Shown here one piece after another: positions 31,556 to 41,414 of a stretch of DNA of 64,000 nt (the stretch's first letter is position 1; each line of letters begins with the position of its first letter). The translations under genes were made by a program, and so were the position numbers. The stretch is from an uncultured virus (IMG/VR IMGVR_UViG_3300034062_004002). Lineage: Duplodnaviria > Heunggongvirae > Uroviricota > Caudoviricetes. A model generated the notes under the pieces. It was not told the DNA's origin. It searched no databases and saw only the letters and a list, made by a program, of their open reading frames with translations. The stretch lies in the IMG/VR virus record IMGVR_UViG_3300034062_004002; one strand, written 5' to 3'.

Positions 31556-32899
31556 TTAAAAACCTAAAGAAGATAAATCAATGTCATCTAAGTCATCATC
31601 TTCATCATCGTCATTATTCATACTATCTTCGTAATCTTGTTTCTTCAAATCCTTAACAATTTCGTCAACCATTCTTTGGATAAATTGAGTTCCCTGTGGG
31701 TCACCATTTAAAATCAATTTTGCAACTCTAAAAAATTCTTTAGCATCTAACTTAGAGAATCTCATGAAAAGATAATGTTGGATATGTTTCATATCATCTT
31801 CGAATAATTCCGCAGGATATGTGTCAATAAATTTCTCCCAAAATACAGGACCTAATCTTGAATCCCAAATCTCAGCAGGTAACGTATCTTCAGCGTTCAT
31901 AACCAATTCTTGTTGTTTCGGGTCGTCAGGTAAACCATGGGTGCCAAATACCTCATAAACACCTTTTACTAATTCGTGAATAAGTAATGGGAATGTTGCC
32001 GCTCTTGCTTTAACTGTTGGTGGGTCGGTTTGTTCGTCAACTTCACTTTGACCCATTTGTCCACCGCCTCCACCAGCCATTCCTTCCATATCAGGATATA
32101 TCCAATACATATGTTCCATCAATGATTGTGTCACACCATAAAGGTTTAATAATTGTGGGTCTAATCTATTTAATTCTTCACCAACCAAAACATACATATG
32201 ACCACCTTTAAATGCCGCCCCTTGTATTAATGAGTTAATAAATCTTCTTTTTGCCTTTTCTAAATTGAATTGTTCAAACGCATCTGCAAAATTTAATAAA
32301 TCTTCAGTGTGTTCTTCCGCCTCTTTAAACGCATCTTCAACTTCTTCTTCTTCAGGTTCTTGAGGTTCTGTTCTCATACCTTTGGCGGCACTCATACCAC
32401 CATGAACTAATTTGGCGTCAAATTGTAACGAACCTTTAGGAATTCCAAGTTCTTTCTTAACCAAATCAATTGCCAAATTTTCAAGATATTCTTTGTTTTG
32501 ACTTTCTATTCTTGAGATTTGTTGTAAACCTCCCATAGCCATACCCATAAGGTTCATTAAAGGATTTGCACCTTGTAGTGGAGCCGTATTACCTAAATAA
32601 CGTCTAACCTTTTCCACAGAGTCTTTAAATCGTTTAGACGAAACCACCTCAATAAAATCTCTATCTCCACCTGGCATCGCAGGATGTTCGTGATACGGAG
32701 TTTCTTTAGAAGTAATTTTCCTTTCAATCCCTGGCTCCATTCTTTCAGGTCCTTCGTAATCAATCGGAGCCTCTCTTAAACTTGATTTAATTTCAGTTAA
32801 AAGAGAACGTTCTCTATTTGTTAAACCTTCAGATAAAGATTTTTTCTCTAACTGTCTTTTAATTCTTAATATTTTTTCCATTTTTAAATTCAAGCTCAT
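31556..32899 (-). CDS. hypothetical protein, probable virion protein
   Basis: 447 aa; LIHELVKG segment; N-terminal LSE, LTE and LREA sites. Confidence 0.7.
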   Translation of the reverse strand: MSLNLKMEKILRIKRQLEKKSLSEGLTNRERSLLTEIKSSLREAPIDYEGPERMEPGIERKITSKETPYHEHPAMPGGDRDFIEVVSSKRFKDSVEKVRRYLGNTAPLQGANPLMNLMGMAMGGLQQISRIESQNKEYLENLAIDLVKKELGIPKGSLQFDAKLVHGGMSAAKGMRTEPQEPEEEEVEDAFKEAEEHTEDLLNFADAFEQFNLEKAKRRFINSLIQGAAFKGGHMYVLVGEELNRLDPQLLNLYGVTQSLMEHMYWIYPDMEGMAGGGGGQMGQSEVDEQTDPPTVKARAATFPLLIHELVKGVYEVFGTHGLPDDPKQQELVMNAEDTLPAEIWDSRLGPVFWEKFIDTYPAELFEDDMKHIQHYLFMRFSKLDAKEFFRVAKLILNGDPQGTQFIQRMVDEIVKDLKKQDYEDSMNNDDDEDDDLDDIDLSSLGF

Positions 32900-32900
32900 G

Positions 32901-33848
32901 TTATTTTAATTTAATTCCTATCGATTTAAATGACAACCAACTTGGTAATTTTCCTTTAGACGCCTTTGGAGCCTTTTTAGGTCCTGGTTTAGGACTATAA
33001 GGTGTTGAGGGTTCATTTGGTTTTGTTATTGGTTCTTTAATCTTTGGTTTAGTTTCTTGTTCATCAAACTCACGTTTGTGTGCCTTTGGAGCCTTTTTAG
33101 GACCTGGTTTAGGACTATAAGGTGTTGAAGGTTCATTTGGTTTTGTTATTGGTTCTTTAATCTTTGGTTTAGTTTCTTGTTCAGATACTAAAGATAAGAA
33201 ATCTTTTTTAGACATTTTAGGTGTAATGTGTTTTTCGACTAATTTCATGATTTTTTTTTCAAGTTCACTTTCGCCCATACCTCTAACCCTTGGTGAAACC
33301 TTATCTAAGTTCATCAAATTAGCTTTAGTTATGGCTCCACCAACCATATCCATATAACCTTCCTTAGTTTCTTTTTTCTTTTCAGGCAATTTTTTAAAAT
33401 TTGTTTTCTCAGCAAATTCTTCGGCCATTTTACACCATTTTTTTTGTTCTTTGGTTTTACCATCACCACATTTTGCGAAGAAATACTTTTGTTGTTTTTT
33501 TGATTCGAATTTCTCTGCAAGATTTTTATATTCTTGTAATGAATCAGGGTCACCGTCACCTGTAGGACCTTTTTGAATAGGGTCCTGAGTATCACCTTTC
33601 ATTACCCACTCCATTTCAGAATCGGTGTCTTCATAAACTTCAAAGTCATCAGTTTCGGTTGTAAGTTGAACATTTGCGTTAGGGTCCATTTTATTAAGTT
33701 CTAAAGCCTTTTTAGGGTCGTTAGTCGTAATAGACTCAACAAGTCTTTTGTATAAAGAGTTTATTTGTCCCTCATTCAAATCAGAAAGAAGTGAACCACT
33801 AAATCCGTGGTTAATTAATTGAAGTATTTTTCTATTATTAGTTTTCAT
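32901..33848 (-). CDS. hypothetical protein with duplicated Pro/Lys-rich segment, probable head protein
   Basis: 315 aa; EQETKPKIKEPITKPNEPSTPYSPKPGPKKAPKA occurs twice. Confidence 0.7.
   Translation of the reverse strand: MKTNNRKILQLINHGFSGSLLSDLNEGQINSLYKRLVESITTNDPKKALELNKMDPNANVQLTTETDDFEVYEDTDSEMEWVMKGDTQDPIQKGPTGDGDPDSLQEYKNLAEKFESKKQQKYFFAKCGDGKTKEQKKWCKMAEEFAEKTNFKKLPEKKKETKEGYMDMVGGAITKANLMNLDKVSPRVRGMGESELEKKIMKLVEKHITPKMSKKDFLSLVSEQETKPKIKEPITKPNEPSTPYSPKPGPKKAPKAHKREFDEQETKPKIKEPITKPNEPSTPYSPKPGPKKAPKASKGKLPSWLSFKSIGIKLK
32962..33183. repeat. 102-nt direct repeat with 120-nt period
   Basis: 32962-33063 versus 33082-33183, two mismatches, in frame. Confidence 0.9.
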
Positions 33849-34248
33849 AAACTACTTTTTTTTCGAATTCAAGAACTATGTCCCTTTCATACAATTTATT
33901 TTTAACCGATTCCTCAGTTTCTCCGAATCTAAACACTAATCTTTTGTTTACCTCAAAATTAGTTGTTTCGGTTTCGTTCTCCCAAGATAAAGCAATTACA
34001 CCATCAATTGCATCCATCATTGAAAAATAATCAGAATTTTGTATTACCGATAAAGTTATTTTATCGTTTTTTAAAACCCCAACTTTATTTATGTGTTCCA
34101 AATCAGGTGGTGATGGGTATCCGTTAGATGGTTTAGATTCCCAAGAATCTCCCCAAATACTTTCCAAATCTACAGAGAAAATAAATTCGTAAATGTTATC
34201 TCCTTTATAGTTTGGTCCTAATTCGTTTACATAAATTAAATAACTCAT
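33838..34248 (-). CDS. hypothetical protein
   Basis: 136-aa ORF overlapping both neighbours. Confidence 0.75.
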   Translation of the reverse strand: MSYLIYVNELGPNYKGDNIYEFIFSVDLESIWGDSWESKPSNGYPSPPDLEHINKVGVLKNDKITLSVIQNSDYFSMMDAIDGVIALSWENETETTNFEVNKRLVFRFGETEESVKNKLYERDIVLEFEKKVVYEN

Positions 34249-35858
34249 AGAATACTACCTTTAGGTGTTACTCTAAGTGTTTTATTATTATATTCAAATA
34301 CTAAGTTATTATTTTTATTCTTTCCTAAAAGTTTCGCTTTTGGGTATTTTGTAATAATTTTTGTTGAAGATATCTCTTGAGAGATACTTTCCGATAAACT
34401 TTTAATTCTTTGAGCTGTTTTTTTGTTTTTTTCTGACTCAGTTAATTGTTTTTTCTTTTTTTGTTCAGTTAAAACTCTTTCTTTTTCGTCAATTTTAAAA
34501 TATTTTATTAAAATATTATCTACTTTAGATTCTGAGAACATTCCCTCAATCATCTCTTCCATGTGACTTGCGTGGTCATCGGATATTCTATGGTCTTTAA
34601 TTTTTCTAGACCCTCTTGGTCTGTGTCTTGGATACTCTTCAACATCATCATCAATATCACTTACTTCATTTGTGAATAAACCTCTAACAAATGCTTCAGG
34701 GTCAATCTTATCTTTATCTTCACTCATAAAATCTTCACCCATTTCAGATTTTTTGGTTTTCACTTTAAATGGTCTACCAGTTTTTTCTTTATAGAGATTA
34801 AACATTTTTTCTCCGTCATTATTACTAAACCACTTTTGTTTATCTCCGTATTTATCTTGTAACTTTTGAAAACTATCAAATTCTTCAGTATCAAAATCAT
34901 CATCATTACCTACACCGTAGATTTCAGAATCTTTAGCCATTCTGTCATTTTCATCATAATAGGTGTCACCTTTATAGTCATTTCTTCTCATATTACCGAA
35001 TGACCCATACATACTTTCACCCATTTCACCTTCAGGTGCCACAGGTGGTTCGGTTTCCACGCCTTCTTCACCCATACCTTCTTCACCTTCTTCACCCATT
35101 CCTTCTTCACCCTCAAATTTAGACATAATTTCTTCTTTATCCTCTTCTTCTAATGAATTTAAATCAAGTGCCGATAACACAGAATTAATAACATATTTTG
35201 TGTCGTTAGAAGTCATTTCATTTTCTTCATCAGATGAAAAAACTCTTAATTTTTGTGCTAACTTACCTGTTAGTTTTTGGATAGTCTTTAATGTTACAGG
35301 TTCGTCTTCTTGTCCTTCTTCATTACCCATATCATCTTCCATACCCATATCGTCTTCCATACCCATACTATCTTCAGGTGAAGGTGTTGGTGCGGGAGCA
35401 GGTTCAGGGGAGGGTGCTGGTGCGGGTGCAGGAGCGGGAGCAGGTGCGGGGGCCGCTTGCTCAACCGTTGGTAATTTCAAAGTGTATCTGTTTTCATCAA
35501 CTTCACTTTCAGTGAATAATGATAAATTTTTAGTATAACCTTCAGAAACATTAATTTCTTTAATAATTAAATTTAATCTTTTTAACGCTTGAGAGTATGA
35601 TGAATAATATTTTCTATTTTTCATAGGGTCAAGATACTCTTGAGTCGACTCATTAATACCTTTTTTAATTACGTATCCGTTTTTTTCTTTAACGATATTA
35701 TAGGTGTTGCCGTCAGACAATACTTTTTTAAATTCGTTAGATTTATCTTCATTAATAGGTTGAGGAATATTTTCATTATATCTTGATATCTCAATCATAC
35801 GTTTAATCTTATCCATACCTTGTAGTTTTTCACTACCAATCGGTCTTAAATTTCCCAT
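34245..35858 (-). CDS. acidic low-complexity protein, probable prohead core/internal protein
   Basis: 537 aa; (AP)n and MEDDMG/EEGMG repeats; many (I/L)xES sites. Confidence 0.65.
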   Translation of the reverse strand: MGNLRPIGSEKLQGMDKIKRMIEISRYNENIPQPINEDKSNEFKKVLSDGNTYNIVKEKNGYVIKKGINESTQEYLDPMKNRKYYSSYSQALKRLNLIIKEINVSEGYTKNLSLFTESEVDENRYTLKLPTVEQAAPAPAPAPAPAPAPSPEPAPAPTPSPEDSMGMEDDMGMEDDMGNEEGQEDEPVTLKTIQKLTGKLAQKLRVFSSDEENEMTSNDTKYVINSVLSALDLNSLEEEDKEEIMSKFEGEEGMGEEGEEGMGEEGVETEPPVAPEGEMGESMYGSFGNMRRNDYKGDTYYDENDRMAKDSEIYGVGNDDDFDTEEFDSFQKLQDKYGDKQKWFSNNDGEKMFNLYKEKTGRPFKVKTKKSEMGEDFMSEDKDKIDPEAFVRGLFTNEVSDIDDDVEEYPRHRPRGSRKIKDHRISDDHASHMEEMIEGMFSESKVDNILIKYFKIDEKERVLTEQKKKKQLTESEKNKKTAQRIKSLSESISQEISSTKIITKYPKAKLLGKNKNNNLVFEYNNKTLRVTPKGSIL

Positions 35859-35943
35859 TTTAATGTTTTTTGTTTTTTAAATTATTTTATATATAAATAT
35901 ACCGATTAACCCAAATTATCTTTTATTAATTCTAAAAATAAAC

Positions 35944-37887
35944 TTAGGCATATATTTTAGGTGGACTCACGTCATCAGTTGATAAAACTTTTGCAACTAA
36001 ATCCCCTGTTCCCCAAGTTTTTAATGATTCACATTTACTTAATTTGTCTGAACCAATATCATTTTTTAACCCATTAGTTATACATGTATAATACGGTAAC
36101 AATAATGTTTTAACGGTTGCCTCAATACCATAATTAGGTGTTGAATAGTTTTTAACCCCTACTTTATTGTAATCTGACATTCCTGAATCTTTACTTAATT
36201 TAAATGTTGTATTAAATGGGTTGTTAGTAGCCTTACCACCCTCACCCTTTCTCCAAGCGTAAAAGAATTTTAAATTTTCATCGGTAATTGGAGCACCAAC
36301 ACCCGTTAAAATTGCGGTGTAAAAATCCTTATCGTTACCAACATTAATTTTGTCAAAATCTGAGGTTGTTTGAATTTTACTCAAATTGGAATCTTTAAAT
36401 CCTTTTGAGGTTAATAAATCAAACAATTTTGTTAAATCTTCTTCAGATAATTTACCGTCAGAATTTATACCGTTGTCAGTTTCAAACGATTTTACTGCCA
36501 TTTCAGTTTCAGGGCCAAATAAACCATCAACCCCCCATTTAGGTAGCGAATAACCTAAAAACTGTAATGCGGTTTGTATTTTTTTAACATCCATATCATA
36601 AGGGATTTTTGAGTTTGGTTTTTTTAAATTCACAAATTCTTTTCCTGATTTTGAAATTGTGTTTAAATCTGATAGGAATGTTCCCCCTGTTTCTTTTGAG
36701 GGTGTTTGAGCACTCTCTTTTGAACCTGTGAATATTTGTTCAGAATTAACTAAAAGGTCTTTTAAATGATGACCTCTTGGTAACCCTATGTGTACGTGAG
36801 TAATATCTGGATGGTCTAACCATTCAGAGATTGCTCCGATATAGTCACCAACTTTAACAATATCACCCTTTTGTAATTTAACGTCTTTTAAATGGGTATA
36901 AAAAATATCAGGGAAATCTCCCGAACCTTTAATTGATACTTGAGTACCAAATATTTTACCCGAGTTTTTACCTGTATCCCTAACTTTACTAACCGTTCCG
37001 TCAGTATAAGAATTCACCACCGTTCCTGGAGGTGAAAATATATCCCAAGCATTATCCGATTCCCAATTACCGAGAGCTCTTCTTCCATGGTTTTTTGGTC
37101 CGTTTTCTAAATCAGTTTTAAATGTTCCACCAATATTTGTTGTCGATTCTTTAATTGATAGTTTTTTATCGGTATACTCATTTTCAAAATCAAATAATTT
37201 TTGCATATATCCGTTTCTTCTTAGAACTTTGAACACCAAATTTTCATCTGAATATTCCCCATCTTTTTCTAATCCACAAGTCCTATATTTCTTAATTTTA
37301 TCTTTATATTTTTGAATTAATTTTTTTGCATCATCAAGAGGTTCATCTTGAGCATTTTCAAGGGCTCCATCAATAATCTCCATCCATTTGGATGCTTTAT
37401 TTTTAATTAAATTTGTGTCAATCTCAACATTTTCTTTTTTAGATTTATTTATCCACTCGTCATGTAATACAGAATAGACACCACTACTAAAATGTGCTTC
37501 AGATTCGTTTTGTATGTATAACTCCACCTCATAACCGTATATTGTTATATTATGGTTATCATTATACATTGTTTTCTTTAGAGTGAATAACTCAGTATAC
37601 AACGGTAATTGTGATTCTGGAAATTGGTTGAAGTCAACTAAGATGTGTAAATCAATATCTGAAAAGGTTGACCAATTATAATTAGCCAAAGACCCCGTCA
37701 TAATTATATCTGACACAACAACATCAACTTTTAGGAATTCTATGAACTCATAAGCAATATCAAGAAGACGAGCTCTAACTTTAGGGTTCATCGTTTTTTC
37801 GTCATTTCCTGACGATTTCCATATCTTTGGATTTAATTCATCCTTTAAATGAAAACTATTTAAAATGTTTTTTAGGTTACTCATCAA
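35944..37887 (-). CDS. nucleotidyltransferase (Pol-beta superfamily) fused to M23 peptidase, PG-binding and lysozyme-like domains
   Basis: TGSLANYNWSTFSDIDLHI (GS..DxD); AWDIFSPPGT..YTHL..HVHIG; IQTALQFLGY..VDGLFGPETEMAVKSF; AWRKGEGG..NNPFNTT..VKNY. Confidence 0.75.
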   Translation of the reverse strand: MMSNLKNILNSFHLKDELNPKIWKSSGNDEKTMNPKVRARLLDIAYEFIEFLKVDVVVSDIIMTGSLANYNWSTFSDIDLHILVDFNQFPESQLPLYTELFTLKKTMYNDNHNITIYGYEVELYIQNESEAHFSSGVYSVLHDEWINKSKKENVEIDTNLIKNKASKWMEIIDGALENAQDEPLDDAKKLIQKYKDKIKKYRTCGLEKDGEYSDENLVFKVLRRNGYMQKLFDFENEYTDKKLSIKESTTNIGGTFKTDLENGPKNHGRRALGNWESDNAWDIFSPPGTVVNSYTDGTVSKVRDTGKNSGKIFGTQVSIKGSGDFPDIFYTHLKDVKLQKGDIVKVGDYIGAISEWLDHPDITHVHIGLPRGHHLKDLLVNSEQIFTGSKESAQTPSKETGGTFLSDLNTISKSGKEFVNLKKPNSKIPYDMDVKKIQTALQFLGYSLPKWGVDGLFGPETEMAVKSFETDNGINSDGKLSEEDLTKLFDLLTSKGFKDSNLSKIQTTSDFDKINVGNDKDFYTAILTGVGAPITDENLKFFYAWRKGEGGKATNNPFNTTFKLSKDSGMSDYNKVGVKNYSTPNYGIEATVKTLLLPYYTCITNGLKNDIGSDKLSKCESLKTWGTGDLVAKVLSTDDVSPPKIYA

Positions 37888-37914
37888 AAATAAATATTTG
37901 AGTAATTCAATTTG

Positions 37915-38157
37915 TTACAATTTTTTATATTTAAATGTTTTTGCAATCTTAGTGCTGAAAAACTTTCCTTGAGATTCGGACATTCTAAACTGAGTGTATA
38001 ATTGATGAGGGACTTCATCATATTCGTATTTCATACCGTTTTTAAACTCAATTATTAGTTTTTTACTTTCGGTATCATATTCTGTTTTTGTTAGATTACT
38101 TGAATCTATTTCATTAATAATCTTCGTTCCGATTATCTGTTCTTTTTTTATCGCCAT
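37915..38157 (-). CDS. KTSC-domain protein
   Basis: SSNL...YD....LIIEFKNG..YEYDEVP.......SESQGKFF. Confidence 0.9.
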   Translation of the reverse strand: MAIKKEQIIGTKIINEIDSSNLTKTEYDTESKKLIIEFKNGMKYEYDEVPHQLYTQFRMSESQGKFFSTKIAKTFKYKKL

Positions 38158-38455
38158 TTTTTAAAGGTATTTCTAAATCAATTAATGCCATTTTATTTTT
38201 AAGATACTCAACAAATTCATTATGGTCAATATCTGGAAAGAAACCTTTTAATTCTTCAAATAATTTTGAATGTAAAGAACTAAATTTTTGAAAATTTTTC
38301 ATAATATCATTTGGGTAGTAAGGTGGTTTCTCCAAGTCTTTTTCAGTCCATCCTTCTCTTCGGAACGCTCGTCTTAATTCTCTATATGTTTCTAAAATAT
38401 CTTCATCGGCCTTTAAAGTTGTGATATATTTTGTATAATGTTTTATCATATCCAT
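38114..38455 (-). CDS. hypothetical protein
   Basis: 113-aa ORF with TATTTATA just upstream. Confidence 0.7.
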   Translation of the reverse strand: MDMIKHYTKYITTLKADEDILETYRELRRAFRREGWTEKDLEKPPYYPNDIMKNFQKFSSLHSKLFEELKGFFPDIDHNEFVEYLKNKMALIDLEIPLKNGDKKRTDNRNEDY

Positions 38456-38524
38456 ACTTATAAATATAACGTTGTTTGAGTTGAAATTACCAAATTAAAG
38501 ATTATATTTAAAAAAAACACTTAC

Positions 38525-40564
38525 ATGATAGAATCAAAAGATGGTAACGGACCTATTAAAGATAAAGGAAGTAGTGGTGATTCTGCCACACCTGTTTTAG
38601 ACAACTTTAGTAGAGACCTAATTAAATTAGCCGAAGAAGGTAAATTAGACCCTGTAATAGGTCGAGAGAGAGAAATAACGAGAATCGCTCAAATCCTTTC
38701 AAGACGCAAGAAAAACAACCCAATCATTATCGGTGAACCAGGTTGTGGTAAAACCGCAATTGCCGAAGGATTGGCGATTAAAATTTTTAACGGAGATTGT
38801 CCAAGAAATTTAATGGATAAACGAATATTATCTTTAGATATGACTTCAATAGTTGCTGGGACAAAATATCGTGGACAATTTGAGGAACGTATGAAGGTAA
38901 TCATTGAAGAACTTCAAAACGCACCAAGTATTATTATTTTTATCGATGAAATACACACAATTGTTGGTGCAGGTAATTCATCTGGTTCAATGGACGCATC
39001 AAATATCTTTAAACCCGCACTTGCAAGGGGAGAAATCCAATGTATTGGGGCAACAACTTTAGATGAGTATCGTAAGAATTTTGAAAAAGACGGAGCCTTA
39101 GAAAGACGATTCCAAAAGGTAATTGTCGATTCCGCAACAAAAGAGGAAACAATCCAAATCCTACAACACAGTAAAGAGAGATACGAAAATTATCATAAAG
39201 TAAAATATTCTGACGAAATCTTATCACTATGTGTTGATTTAGCTGAACGATATATCACAGATAGAGAATTTCCAGATAAGGCGTTCGATATTATTGATGA
39301 GGTTGGAGCTAGAAGTCAAGTTGAGGTGAAGATGCCCGAAATTATTGAGAAGTTAAAAGAACAGGCTCAGGACATTAAACAAGAAAAACTTAATGTTGTT
39401 AAAAAACAAAACTATGAAGAAGCCGCAAGTCTAAGAGATAAGGAAAGACGAATTTTAGATAAGTTAGATTCAGAAAAGAAAAAATTTGAGTCTGAATTAC
39501 AAACACAAAAGAAAGAGGTTACTGTCGAATTAGTATACGAAGTTGTTTCAAATATGACTAAGATTCCACTATCTAAATTAAATGCTAATGAGACTCAATT
39601 ATTGGCCAAATTAGACGAAAGATTAGGTAGTAAAGTTATTGGTCAATCTGAAGCGGTGTCAAGAATTGCAAAGTCTATTAGAAGAAATAGATTGGGTATT
39701 AAAGACCCTAACAAACCAATTGGGTCTTTTATTTTCTTGGGGTCAACAGGTGTTGGTAAAACACATTTGGCAAAACAATTGGCTAAAGAAATGTTTGGTA
39801 GTGAGGAGAATTTGATTAGAATGGATATGTCAGAATTCCAAGAAAAACATACCATATCTCGTTTAATTGGCGCTCCTCCAGGATATGTTGGTTATGATGA
39901 AGGAGGACAATTAACCGAACAGGTTAAAAACAAACCTTATTCTGTAATCTTATTTGATGAGATTGAAAAAGCAAACAAAGACATCTTTTCAACATTGTTA
40001 CAAGTATTAGACGATGGTCATATTACTGACGGATTAGGTAGAAAAATTAACTTTAAAAATTGTGTCATCATTATGACTTCAAATATTGGAGTTAAAAAAC
40101 TACAGGATTTTGGGACAGGAGTTGGTTTTAAAACTTCATCAAACACTTACGTTAAGGAAGAACATAAACGAGACATGTTGAAAAAAGAACTTCAAAAATT
40201 CTTTGCTCCTGAATTTTTAAACAGAATTGACGAGGTCGTTATTTTTAACACATTAAAACGAGATGAAGTTAAACAAATCGTTAAATTAGAAATGGATAAA
40301 CTTTGTGAAAGATTAGTTAAATTAAAATATAACATAACTTATGATGAATCCGTATTGGATTTAATTTCAGAAGTTGGTTTTGATGAAACCTATGGTGCAA
40401 GACCATTAAAGAGAGCTATCCAAGACAAAGTTGAGGATTTTATTTCTGAAGAAGTTTTAAAAGGAGTTATTCTTGAGGACGTTAGTTATATTCTATATGT
40501 CGATAACACCGATGTTAAACTAAAGATAGTTAAAAAGACTAAAAAGAAAAAAGGGGAAAATTAA
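38525..40564 (+). CDS. clpC: ClpC-like AAA+ unfoldase lacking the N-terminal Clp-repeat domain
   Basis: LDPVIGR, GEPGCGKT, FIDEIH, UVR motif NYEEAASLRD, GSTGVGKT, GAPPGYVGY, GVGF loop, PEFLNRID, YGARPLKR. Confidence 0.88.
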   Translation: MIESKDGNGPIKDKGSSGDSATPVLDNFSRDLIKLAEEGKLDPVIGREREITRIAQILSRRKKNNPIIIGEPGCGKTAIAEGLAIKIFNGDCPRNLMDKRILSLDMTSIVAGTKYRGQFEERMKVIIEELQNAPSIIIFIDEIHTIVGAGNSSGSMDASNIFKPALARGEIQCIGATTLDEYRKNFEKDGALERRFQKVIVDSATKEETIQILQHSKERYENYHKVKYSDEILSLCVDLAERYITDREFPDKAFDIIDEVGARSQVEVKMPEIIEKLKEQAQDIKQEKLNVVKKQNYEEAASLRDKERRILDKLDSEKKKFESELQTQKKEVTVELVYEVVSNMTKIPLSKLNANETQLLAKLDERLGSKVIGQSEAVSRIAKSIRRNRLGIKDPNKPIGSFIFLGSTGVGKTHLAKQLAKEMFGSEENLIRMDMSEFQEKHTISRLIGAPPGYVGYDEGGQLTEQVKNKPYSVILFDEIEKANKDIFSTLLQVLDDGHITDGLGRKINFKNCVIIMTSNIGVKKLQDFGTGVGFKTSSNTYVKEEHKRDMLKKELQKFFAPEFLNRIDEVVIFNTLKRDEVKQIVKLEMDKLCERLVKLKYNITYDESVLDLISEVGFDETYGARPLKRAIQDKVEDFISEEVLKGVILEDVSYILYVDNTDVKLKIVKKTKKKKGEN

Positions 40565-40579
40565 TTCCCTTTTTTTTTT
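40546..40579. terminator. bidirectional terminator
   Basis: AAAAAAGGGGAA..TTCCCTTTTTTTT between convergent genes. Confidence 0.65.
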
Positions 40580-41405
40580 AATCAAATAGTATGTAATTAT
40601 TTTTTGGTTTAGGAGTAAAGGAATGTTTTGTATACCCCAATTTCTCAATCATTTTTTTACCTATTTCGATTCCACTGTAAACATCTTCAATTACAACATA
40701 TTCGTTTGGTGTGTGATAATTGTAATACCCGATTGCAAAATTAATACATGAAAAATCAAAAAGTTGTTTTAACGCATATACGTCAGTATAGGGGTGAGAT
40801 TGGTATTTTTGTCTTTTCTCAAATCCCTCTGTCAACACCTCATCACAAGATGTAAAAAATTCAGTATCTCTATCAAATAATTGAACCCCCATACAAAATT
40901 CTGAAACCATCCAATTACCAGGAGCATCAAATTGAATCGCATATCCCACATTTGTGAAGAATATTTTATCCGCCTTTCTTGACCCATGACAACCTGTTTC
41001 TTCAGATACAAAGAACGCGGCCTTTAAGTTAGGAAGTTCTTTTAATAACTCCAAACAAGCATAAATTCCACATTTATCGTCACCACCAATACCTGTTGGG
41101 TTACCCTTATCATTATACGCCTTTAAGGACGGCTTCAATTCATTCTGAGCGTTTGGTAATAATCCCTCACGAATATTGATTGTGTCAATATTGTGTACGG
41201 TATCGGTGTGAGCAACAACACATGGAAAATATTCAATATTTTCATCGGTTTGTTTTGTTGCGTAAATGTTAGACATTCCATCAACAAAAAACGGGATATT
41301 GTTTTCAGATAACCAATTGGTGATGAACTCAACCATTTGTTCTTCTTGGTACGTTTTGGATGGAACGGACAAAACACTCTTTAAAAGTTCGTAGTCTCTT
41401 TGCAT
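40578..41405 (-). CDS. M20/M28/M42-clan zinc peptidase
   Basis: VAHTDTVH, IGGDDKCG, SEETGCHGS, QFD, YTDV, GYYNYHT. Confidence 0.85.
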   Translation of the reverse strand: MQRDYELLKSVLSVPSKTYQEEQMVEFITNWLSENNIPFFVDGMSNIYATKQTDENIEYFPCVVAHTDTVHNIDTINIREGLLPNAQNELKPSLKAYNDKGNPTGIGGDDKCGIYACLELLKELPNLKAAFFVSEETGCHGSRKADKIFFTNVGYAIQFDAPGNWMVSEFCMGVQLFDRDTEFFTSCDEVLTEGFEKRQKYQSHPYTDVYALKQLFDFSCINFAIGYYNYHTPNEYVVIEDVYSGIEIGKKMIEKLGYTKHSFTPKPKNNYILFD

Positions 41406-41414
41406 AACACAAAG

